Shown here piece by piece: positions 1 to 7,292 of a stretch of 17,794 nt of DNA. The notes under the pieces were generated by a model, which saw only the letters and a program-made list of their open reading frames with translations, was not told the origin of the DNA and searched no databases. The position numbers and the translations under genes were made by a program. The number at the start of each line of letters is the position of its first letter. Within the stretch, counting starts at the first letter, position 1. The stretch is from Myxococcota bacterium (GTDB lineage Bacteria; Myxococcota; UBA4151): NCBI GenBank assembly GCA_040260805.1, contig JBDQPD010000069.1, positions 1-17,794 on the forward strand, in the 5' to 3' direction.

Positions 1-242
1 AACGCGTTGAGGTCCGACGAGGTGGTGACTCGAGCAGCCACTTCATCGGCTTGCGCCTGCGTCATTTTCTCTTTGCGCACAAAGCGAGATAAGGACTTCT
101 CGATCGTCGCTTTACCTTTAGCGCAAGCCTCAGGGTTCAAGTCGACCATGATCACCTGCATGCCGACTCCGGCAGCGATCTGAGCGATCCCGTTGCCCAT
201 CTGACCTGCGCCAACAACACCGAGCGTTTGAACGGTAGACAT
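1..242 (-). CDS. hbd: 3-hydroxybutyryl-CoA (3-hydroxyacyl-CoA) dehydrogenase, N-terminal part; runs off the window edge
   Basis: Not in the ORF track. Manual translation from ATG at 242 gives MSTVQTLGVVGAGQMGNGIAQIAAGVGMQVIMVDLNPEACAKGKATIEKSLSRFVRKEKMT..., with the GAGxMGxGIAQ NAD-binding motif. It starts 3 nt after the thiolase stop. Confidence 0.9.
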   Translation of the reverse strand, partial: MSTVQTLGVVGAGQMGNGIAQIAAGVGMQVIMVDLNPEACAKGKATIEKSLSRFVRKEKMTQAQADEVAARVTTSSDLNA

Positions 243-245
243 CGC

Positions 246-1433
246 TTAGCTCCATTCTGGGTTGCGTTGAACAACCACGGCGACGGCTTCACCGCCGCCA
301 ATGCATAACGAGGCACAGCCTGTGCTCTTTTGATGATCTTTGAGGTTGTGCAGCAAGGTCACCAAGATGCGGCAGCCGCTAGCACCGATAGGATGCCCAA
401 GCGCCACCGCGCCGCCCTTCACGTTGACCGTGTCATGCCCCAAGCCGAGCCCGTCCATGTTGACCAAGGAGACCAAGGCGAAGGCTTCGTTAATTTCGTG
501 CAGATCGATCGCATCAGGCTCAATGCCTGCGCGCTCGCAGGCTTTGCGAACAGCGCCCTCAGGGGCTGTCGTAAACCAAGTGGGGTCGTGCGCATTGCCG
601 CCGTGGCTGACAATGCTTGCGAGGATCGGCCAGCCCTCGGCTTCTGCCACCTCTCGAGCGGCGAGGATCACCGCAGCGCCGCCATCATTGATGGTCGAGG
701 CGTTGCCTGCGGTGATCGAGCCTTCTTTATCAAACGCCGGACGCAGCGCGGGCAGCTTGTCCACTTTGCCTCGACCGGGCTCTTCATCTTGATCCACCAC
801 CGTGTCACCGCGGCGACCCTTCACCGTGACGGCTGCGATCTCCTCGCTGAAGCTACCGTTTGCGACCGCTTCTTGCGCCCGGCGATAACTCTCGGCGGCG
901 AAGGCGTCTTGGCGCTCACGGCTGATCGAGCGCTCTTTGGCGCAGACCTCGCCGGCGTTGCCCATGTGAAAGTTTGAGTAAGGGTCCCAGAGGCCGTCAT
1001 GAACCATCGAATCGATCACTTTACCGTGACCCATTCGGTAGCCGTCGCGCGCTTTGGGCAGCAAGTATGGCGCCGAGCTCATGTTCTCCATGCCGCCAGC
1101 GACGACCACGTCGTTGTCTCCCGCGGCGATCGAGCTGGCACCAAACATGACCGTACGAAGACCCGAGCCGCAGACCTTGTTGACGGTCGTGCAGGGCACA
1201 CCCTGAGGGATGCCGGCTGCCAGCGCAGCTTGCCGTGCGGGTGCCTGTCCGGTGCCCGCAGGCAACACCATCCCCATAAAGACCTCATCGATGGCTTCTG
1301 CGGGCACGCCAGAGCGCTCAAGGCAGGCTTGAATGGCGACCGCACCCAAGGTGACGGCAGGGACGCTGGACAGCGCGCCTTGAAAGGACCCCATGGGGGT
1401 ACGACGAGCGGCAACGATGACGACTTCGCGCAT
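246..1433 (-). CDS. atoB: Acetyl-CoA C-acetyltransferase (thiolase)
   Basis: Motifs VNKVCGSG (catalytic Cys), NEAF, GHPIGASG and CIGGG. Start moved to ATG 1433 (MREVVIV), which has an AAGGAG SD just upstream. The gene symbol is a family-level guess. Confidence 0.93.
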   Translation of the reverse strand: MREVVIVAARRTPMGSFQGALSSVPAVTLGAVAIQACLERSGVPAEAIDEVFMGMVLPAGTGQAPARQAALAAGIPQGVPCTTVNKVCGSGLRTVMFGASSIAAGDNDVVVAGGMENMSSAPYLLPKARDGYRMGHGKVIDSMVHDGLWDPYSNFHMGNAGEVCAKERSISRERQDAFAAESYRRAQEAVANGSFSEEIAAVTVKGRRGDTVVDQDEEPGRGKVDKLPALRPAFDKEGSITAGNASTINDGGAAVILAAREVAEAEGWPILASIVSHGGNAHDPTWFTTAPEGAVRKACERAGIEPDAIDLHEINEAFALVSLVNMDGLGLGHDTVNVKGGAVALGHPIGASGCRILVTLLHNLKDHQKSTGCASLCIGGGEAVAVVVQRNPEWS

Positions 1434-1460
1434 GGCTGCTCCTTTGGAGTTTGGTGAGGC

Positions 1461-1490
1461 TTCGTTGCGCATCGCTGCGGGCGGGTCAAC
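1461..1490 (-). promoter_or_regulatory. Candidate promoter-like element for thiolase: GTTGACC-N17-AACGAA
   Basis: TTGACC -35-like hexamer at 1489-1484. It mirrors the element upstream of the divergent gene. No canonical TAnnnT at 17 nt. Confidence 0.35.
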
Positions 1491-1593
1491 TTGAAGCGCG
1501 CAGACCGGACCGCTCGTCCATCACAAAAACATCGAAATCAGTCGAAACAGAGCGACACAAACTGGGCACCGTCAACCTGTGTGGCGCCGCTGC

Positions 1594-1617
1594 GCTTGAG
1601 CGATGGCTTGAGCTATG
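1594..1617 (+). repeat. Tandem 12-bp direct repeat GCTTGAGCGATG / GCTTGAGCTATG
   Basis: 11/12 identity, directly followed by a third partial unit GGTTGACT. Confidence 0.7.
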
Positions 1618-1618
1618 G

Positions 1619-1651
1619 GTTGACTTCCCAATAAGACTGGGAAACGAGGTT
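1619..1651 (+). promoter_or_regulatory. Candidate promoter with dyad operator: TTGACT (1620-1625) plus TTCCCA-N7-TGGGAA (1625-1643)
   Basis: Perfect 6-bp inverted repeat starting at the last base of a -35-like hexamer, upstream of an AAGGA SD and ATG 1676. Confidence 0.4.
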
Positions 1652-1675
1652 TTTGCCCGGCGACAAGGAATCCAA

Positions 1676-4186
1676 ATGACCCGATTTACTTTGCTCCTGT
1701 GCATCGGCTGCGGCGCAGCCTTACCCAGTGTTCCCGAGACGGTCGATCTAAGCTGTGGCGACGGGCTCGTTTTCGGTGATGAAGAGTGCGACGACGGGAA
1801 TATTAATGATCGAGACGGCTGCACAAATGACTGCCGCGTAGCGCGTTGTGGCGACGGGTTGCGACGCGATGACATCGGTCCCGGATCGCTGATCGCATGC
1901 TGCGGAGCAGAGGATCCTTCGTGCCCCAGCGGTGAACTCTGTCACGCTGGGCGCTGCCAAAACGTCAACTATGAAGCGTGCGACGACGGGAATATGACCG
2001 AAGATGATTCATGCACTGGAAGCTGCAACCCGCCCGCCTGTGGAGACGGCTTGGTTCAAGGCGCTGAGATGTGCGACGACGCAAACTGCACGGACCAAGA
2101 CTCGTGTTTGAACACATGCACCGCCGCTGCGTGTGGGGATGGGATCGTTCATCAAGCGGTCGAGGAATGTGATGACGGAAACCTTGAAAATGGCGACGGC
2201 TGTGACCGGACCTGCACCTTAGAGATTTGCGGTAACGGCAGGGTCGAAGGTGGGGAAGCCTGCGATGATGGAAACAGCATCGACACTGACGCTTGTTACG
2301 ACTGCGCCCTTGCATTTTGTGGCGATGGAAAGATTTTTGAAGGAGTCGAGGTCTGTGATGATGGAAATCAGCTCCCGGGTGATGAATGCAGCGTCGATTG
2401 CCGACTCGACGACCACGGTGACGAACCCGACACAGCGACCACAATCGACCTGATCGGGACGGTCACGGCGGGCTTACGAATGATCGTCGAGACCGCTACG
2501 CTCGGCGATCAAGATGACCGTGACGTCTTTCGAATCACGGCGAACGTAACGGGTATGCATCGTATCCGGACCCGAGCTTTAAACGGGCTCGACACCTTCT
2601 GCCGAGTCTATACCGCCGAGGGGGTATTGTCGGGGCTGCAAGATAACCGTGCCAAGCCAGATGGCTACTTCGATTGCGAGGTCAGCATCTATCTCGAGCG
2701 AGGTGATTTTGGGTTCGTCGAGATCAGCGCCAGCGTCTGGGGGGGAGGCACTGCGTTCTCGTTGTGGCTTCAGGAGCCGTGCGGGAACGGTTCAATCGAC
2801 CCAAATGAAGAATGTGATCCAAACTCACCCCACTCTAATCGCTTTCGATGCCGAGCCGACTGTCGCCTGCGGCGGTCACTCGCGATCTCAGGCCGCTCTG
2901 TGTGCAGCGCAGCGAACGGTGGGGTCTCTTGCTGGGGGGCGAACGACACCTTGCTCTTGGGTTCAGACGAGGACATCCCGTCCGCCTATCTCGACTCTTG
3001 CCTCAACGACGCCGATCCTTACAGGGCGCCGGTCAACTCAAGCTATCGACCGGTCCAAGTCGTGCCAGAAGGCTCTGCTTATGAGGACCTCTCCGCGGGC
3101 GCCAAAGGGTCAGTTTGTGCGCTGGATACCCGAACGAACCTCGCGATGTGCTGGGGACGTGTCGGCGACATGAACGCTAACAATTTCCTCGACCTAGAAG
3201 GCTACAACTTCGACCTCTGCCATGGCGAGTCGATCCCCTACAACTGGAACCCCGAGCTCCAAACCCGCGGCTCATGCTCGCCATCACCAACGCTCTACGG
3301 AACCGGTAACCCACATGAAAATAGGTGGCGATACCCTGCGCAAGGGCTCAGCGCTGGTTCGAGCGCCAGCTGCCTTCTCGGCATGGACCAACAGGTCCGA
3401 TGCTGGGGGACCGTCGCAGACGGCGTATTGGGTGTAGGTGACGGCCCGCTGGAGGCTAATGTCCTCGGGTACGTGACGCCGATGCCATCCGTGATCGAGC
3501 GTCGGCATCATGTGGAGTATCTCGCGATGGGCGATCAGACGGCTTGTGCGGTCACCCGGGAGGGTCGAGTGCTCTGTTGGGGCGCCAATAATCTCGGCCA
3601 AGCAGGAACCAATCGACAGACCGGTCAGCAAAGAGGCTGTCGAGGTGCTTGCGAGACGATACCCCACCTCGTCGATGGAGACCTAGGTGTCGTCGTCCAT
3701 TTGAGTCTAGCTCAAGACCACGCCTGCGCGCTAAACGCCGAAGGCCGTGTCTACTGTTGGGGTAACAATGAAGACCTTCAAACCGGGGTCGCGTCCGAGG
3801 CGCTTTGTGGCGACACACCGTGCCACCTGCGACCGGTCCGCCTCGAACATTTATCCGGTATTCGCGACGTCGCCACGGCGCGTCGACACACCTGCGTCAT
3901 CACACACGATGGCTCGGTCTATTGCTGGGGCAACAACAGCGTCGGTCAGCTCGGCATCGGCGCGCTCAACCTGGGTCTCGGAGAGCAGGTCGACCGTACG
4001 CTTGAACCTTATCGCGTCGGCTCACTTCCTGCCGTCTCAGCCATCAGCGCCAACGGTGACACCACCTGCGCTCGAACCGACTCAGGGCGTATCCTGTGCT
4101 GGGGCGCTAACCACTACGGTCAAGTCGGGATTCCTTGTACAACGCCAGTGGTCTCCACGCCCACCGAGCTCAGAACCACTCCTTAG
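1676..4186 (+). CDS. Putative lipoprotein with myxococcal Cys-rich (DUF4215-like) repeats, a PPC-like domain and an RCC1/BLIP-II beta-propeller
   Basis: Likely start ATG 1676 (SD AAGGA; short lipoprotein-like signal MTRFTLLLCIGC). It has 6+1 CG[DN]G..E.CD repeats, a DDHGD...DRDVFRI PPC-like segment, and repeated C...G.V.CWG.N..GQ.G RCC1 units. Confidence 0.85.
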   Translation: MTRFTLLLCIGCGAALPSVPETVDLSCGDGLVFGDEECDDGNINDRDGCTNDCRVARCGDGLRRDDIGPGSLIACCGAEDPSCPSGELCHAGRCQNVNYEACDDGNMTEDDSCTGSCNPPACGDGLVQGAEMCDDANCTDQDSCLNTCTAAACGDGIVHQAVEECDDGNLENGDGCDRTCTLEICGNGRVEGGEACDDGNSIDTDACYDCALAFCGDGKIFEGVEVCDDGNQLPGDECSVDCRLDDHGDEPDTATTIDLIGTVTAGLRMIVETATLGDQDDRDVFRITANVTGMHRIRTRALNGLDTFCRVYTAEGVLSGLQDNRAKPDGYFDCEVSIYLERGDFGFVEISASVWGGGTAFSLWLQEPCGNGSIDPNEECDPNSPHSNRFRCRADCRLRRSLAISGRSVCSAANGGVSCWGANDTLLLGSDEDIPSAYLDSCLNDADPYRAPVNSSYRPVQVVPEGSAYEDLSAGAKGSVCALDTRTNLAMCWGRVGDMNANNFLDLEGYNFDLCHGESIPYNWNPELQTRGSCSPSPTLYGTGNPHENRWRYPAQGLSAGSSASCLLGMDQQVRCWGTVADGVLGVGDGPLEANVLGYVTPMPSVIERRHHVEYLAMGDQTACAVTREGRVLCWGANNLGQAGTNRQTGQQRGCRGACETIPHLVDGDLGVVVHLSLAQDHACALNAEGRVYCWGNNEDLQTGVASEALCGDTPCHLRPVRLEHLSGIRDVATARRHTCVITHDGSVYCWGNNSVGQLGIGALNLGLGEQVDRTLEPYRVGSLPAVSAISANGDTTCARTDSGRILCWGANHYGQVGIPCTTPVVSTPTELRTTP

Positions 4187-4435
4187 TTGCTGCGAGGCTC
4201 GACGAGCCCAAAAGAATTATAGCCGCATCGACGACCGCATGGGTGGCGTCTGGAGACAGGCTTTGAGCTCGGCCGTGCGCCCCATCATACACGACATGAA
4301 CGTCCGCAAACGGAGAAGGTAACCCCAGGCAATTGGACCCAAGAACTTGCCCCTCGGTGTCGATCGCGATGAAGCGTTGGTGTCGTTGATATTAAGTACA
4401 TGCGCGTCGTGCCACGCGAGCGAACGCCAGACCGC

Positions 4436-7273
4436 CTAGTTTGCGCCCTTGGACAAGTTCATCCCGCCGGGGAATGCGTAGCTAACGAACGTATCGAACG
4501 CATAGACCATGGCGGAGAAGCGCAACGTAGGATCGGTGCTCTCGAGGCGGTGAGCCCCATCGCCGACCCGCAAGGTGATGCGAACCCACGATGAGTCGCC
4601 AATCGGCTCAGGAGGCTCAACGAGATAAGGCTCACGGCTTGGATCGCCCATGGCGATCAGGTCGACCACGACGCCGTCAAGCTTGAGCATGGCGCTCGCT
4701 GGCGCCGCCACGGTCACATAGTCTCGGGCGTAAGTCGGTGGGATGGTGAACAGATACTCGGAGCGCAGCTGATCGACTGGCGGCAAAATCGAGAAGCTCG
4801 GATCGCCCGCAGCGTCGCTGATGTTCAAACCCGTCGCCTCTTGCCCTGCGAGCAGCTGACCAACGAGCAAGGCTCGGTCGGCCTCGAGCTGGAAATCCTC
4901 TTTGACGCCGATGCCGCACACCTCAAGCGGGCTGAGCACGATCAACCCCTGCTCATCCATCAGCGAGCGACAATCGGTCGCGCCGATCGATGCTGGACCC
5001 GATACATCGAGCGTTTGCCCGATCATCCGGACCTTGGTGCCGTTGGGACCGGCGAGTAAGCGGTAGTAGGTGCGTTCATCCGGATGCCCTGGGTTTCGCA
5101 GCACCGGTCGCGCCACCACAAAGGCGCGTCCCCAGGTGTCCAAGGGTGGAATCATCTCTTCGAGGTGGTCTGGCGCAGTCATCGCGCTAGGGACCTGCAT
5201 CGCCTCATGCCCAGCGTACACCAACACGCCGCCCCCGTCGGAGCGGACGCGCGTACCGCTCAGATCAGGGATTGGGTTGTCCAGACGCGTCCGAACCGTG
5301 AGGCTTTGATACGCATTCACCACCACGCTGCCGCGTCCGTTTTCGTCAAACTGTACCGCTCCATCGGTATCGACCGCATCAAAGGCGCGACCAGCTAGCG
5401 AGGGAGGAAGGATCAACTCAACCGTGGTGCCATCGTTCAATGCCACCACCGAGAAGAACCCGGCGCGATCGGCAAAATGAGGTTGGCTCATCACCACATA
5501 GTCGCGCCCGGCGGCTTGATCAGGCAGCAACAAGCTGGCGTCGTTGCTGTAGTTGAAGTTGCAGCACAGCGGGTTGAACTGAAAGGCGCTGACCGGCACC
5601 GACGAGACGACCCTAAATCCAGCGGCTTCTAAGCCAACGCTGGCGCGCCGCTCAGAGCGGAGCAAAAAGATGCCGCTCGCCCCGGAGGGCACAAGCACCT
5701 GTTGCACCGGGCCAGTCAGGCGTCCAAGCGAGGCGCCGGTGGACGTGAGCACCTCTGAGCGCACCTCGGCGTCAACCTGCCCGCCCAATGCGGGCACCCA
5801 GGCGCTGAGTTGTCGTCTTGAGATGCTACGCGCCGGCAACTCACCGTCACGCTGTTGACTTGCGAAGCCTAACTCGACCAACCAACCCGGAGGGATCTCA
5901 TCGGAACCCTCTTGAAACCCGCTGGGATCCAAAACTGCGGCTAGAGCCCGCCGAGGGCGGTTCTCCGTAGCAGGTAAAATAATACGCCGCGCCGCCGTCT
6001 CAGTCAGCAGCCCAACGATACGACCTTCGGTGATCTGGTCTCGACCTCTGTTCAGTCGGCCAGCGACCTGTGCGTTGATCAAATCCAAGCGCTGGTCACC
6101 CCAGCCCAAGGACAACTCGATTGAGTTCTCGGTAATAAAGCATGGCCCCGTCAGGCTAACTCCGCCAATGACGCAGGTCTCTCGGCTGGTAATGCTAAGA
6201 TCACCAAGCGCTGCTCCCGCCACATCGGCGCGCAAGCTGCAGCGGCCGTCCCCGTCTGGGCAGTCCACCCCAAACCAGGCGCCCGAAGCGTATTCGCCTT
6301 GAAGATTCGATGGGTCAAAGGTCAGCGCCGTACCGACGCGCCCGACCGTCACCAAGTCGTTAAGTTCGCGATTGTTAGCGCCCGTACAGTTACCGTCATC
6401 ACAAAGCACGGGGGCACGCCAGGCGAGCTGTGTGACTTCATGCAAGGTGCCCGGCTCGAGCACGCTCAAGCGAGCCGCTTGGTCAGACGAGTTGCCAACG
6501 GTCACCGCAAAGGGATGTTCATCATGACCGAGCCCGCGCAGGTTCGGCAGCTCGACCGGGCGATAAGAGCAACCCAAGTACGAAGCCCCAAGTGACCCCT
6601 CGAGATCGCAACGTGAGCGGCATTCGCCTTGATGGCATTGCGCCATGACCCGACGATCACAAAGCTGCTCGATCGTCCAGCCCGTACCCGCTTCGTTGCA
6701 ACGGCCGACGTGTTGACCCGAGGCACAACCGAGCTCGTCCGGTGTGCAAATCACCGGGCGACATGCGCCGCTGCTGCAGCGCATCCCGTTCTCGCACACC
6801 TGCCGAACAAGCGCCGTACCCGTGTCATTGCAGGCCAAAAGTGTCTCAACATCTAGGCAGTTGTTGCTCTCTCGAGTGCAGCTGATCGGCAGACAAGCGC
6901 CCTCATAGCAGCCTGTGCCCTCATCGCAGGCAGAGGCGGTGTATCCTTGACCGTTGTCCAAACAGCGCTCGCGCGCACCGCTCGGTGCGCAGCGGTACTG
7001 GCCCGGTTGGCAGGCTGCGAGCTGGCAGCGAGCGTTTAGGCAGAGTTCGTTGTTCTCGCAGGCACGCGGCTCAAGCGCTAGACGCCCAACGCAAATCCCG
7101 GCGGTGTTGAGATCGATGCATTGGTGCCGAGTGCAGACGACCCGCTCGCAGGTGCCCTCAGGTGTACACACTTCACCAACAGCGCAGCCGCGCGTCGCGC
7201 ACAACTCGTCGGTCGGACTCGAACAAGCCGAGCCCACCACAAGGAAAAGAATGATCGCAAAGAGTCGATTCAT
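4436..7273 (-). CDS. IgGFc-binding-domain lipoprotein with N-terminal Cys-rich repeats and an inserted domain
   Basis: Start ATG 7273, signal plus lipobox MNRLFAIILFLVVGSAC. Family motifs SYLGC.Y, AFQFNPL, SNDASLLLP, DHLEE, GDPS and a C-terminal SYAFPGG. Confidence 0.8.
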   Translation of the reverse strand: MNRLFAIILFLVVGSACSSPTDELCATRGCAVGEVCTPEGTCERVVCTRHQCIDLNTAGICVGRLALEPRACENNELCLNARCQLAACQPGQYRCAPSGARERCLDNGQGYTASACDEGTGCYEGACLPISCTRESNNCLDVETLLACNDTGTALVRQVCENGMRCSSGACRPVICTPDELGCASGQHVGRCNEAGTGWTIEQLCDRRVMAQCHQGECRSRCDLEGSLGASYLGCSYRPVELPNLRGLGHDEHPFAVTVGNSSDQAARLSVLEPGTLHEVTQLAWRAPVLCDDGNCTGANNRELNDLVTVGRVGTALTFDPSNLQGEYASGAWFGVDCPDGDGRCSLRADVAGAALGDLSITSRETCVIGGVSLTGPCFITENSIELSLGWGDQRLDLINAQVAGRLNRGRDQITEGRIVGLLTETAARRIILPATENRPRRALAAVLDPSGFQEGSDEIPPGWLVELGFASQQRDGELPARSISRRQLSAWVPALGGQVDAEVRSEVLTSTGASLGRLTGPVQQVLVPSGASGIFLLRSERRASVGLEAAGFRVVSSVPVSAFQFNPLCCNFNYSNDASLLLPDQAAGRDYVVMSQPHFADRAGFFSVVALNDGTTVELILPPSLAGRAFDAVDTDGAVQFDENGRGSVVVNAYQSLTVRTRLDNPIPDLSGTRVRSDGGGVLVYAGHEAMQVPSAMTAPDHLEEMIPPLDTWGRAFVVARPVLRNPGHPDERTYYRLLAGPNGTKVRMIGQTLDVSGPASIGATDCRSLMDEQGLIVLSPLEVCGIGVKEDFQLEADRALLVGQLLAGQEATGLNISDAAGDPSFSILPPVDQLRSEYLFTIPPTYARDYVTVAAPASAMLKLDGVVVDLIAMGDPSREPYLVEPPEPIGDSSWVRITLRVGDGAHRLESTDPTLRFSAMVYAFDTFVSYAFPGGMNLSKGAN

Positions 7274-7292
7274 AACGGGAGTTTGACCCCTC

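Noticed and set aside
330..1457. Long plus-strand ORFs opposite the thiolase, and similar antisense or alternate-frame ORFs throughout
   Set aside because: Typical shadow ORFs of GC-rich genes, with no recognisable motifs.
1570..1576. CGTCAAC resembling a LiuR-type half site near thiolase/hbd
   Set aside because: The matching palindromic half is absent.
1451..1675. 75-codon N-terminal extension of the 911-aa ORF
   Set aside because: It covers the divergent regulatory region. ATG 1676 has an SD and is followed by a signal peptide.
4196..4208. Hairpin GGCTC-GAC-GAGCC after the RCC1 gene as an intrinsic terminator
   Set aside because: Only 5 bp, and no U-tract follows it on either strand.
4225..4367. 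Assignment of the structured gap as 6S, SRP, tmRNA, RNase P or retron msr-msd
   Set aside because: Diagnostic motifs are not convincingly present, and there is no reverse transcriptase in the window.
4239..4401. Small ORFs in the intergenic gap (27 aa plus strand from 4239; 38 aa minus strand from 4401)
   Set aside because: No SD and no recognisable protein features.
4401..4415. Minus-strand TGGCACG as a sigma-54 promoter
   Set aside because: No GC at the required GG-N10-GC spacing.
5947..5958. 12-nt match CCCGCCGAGGGC to the tRNA 3' end as an att site
   Set aside because: Inverted relative to the tRNA, inside a CDS, GC-rich, and no integrase; likely chance.
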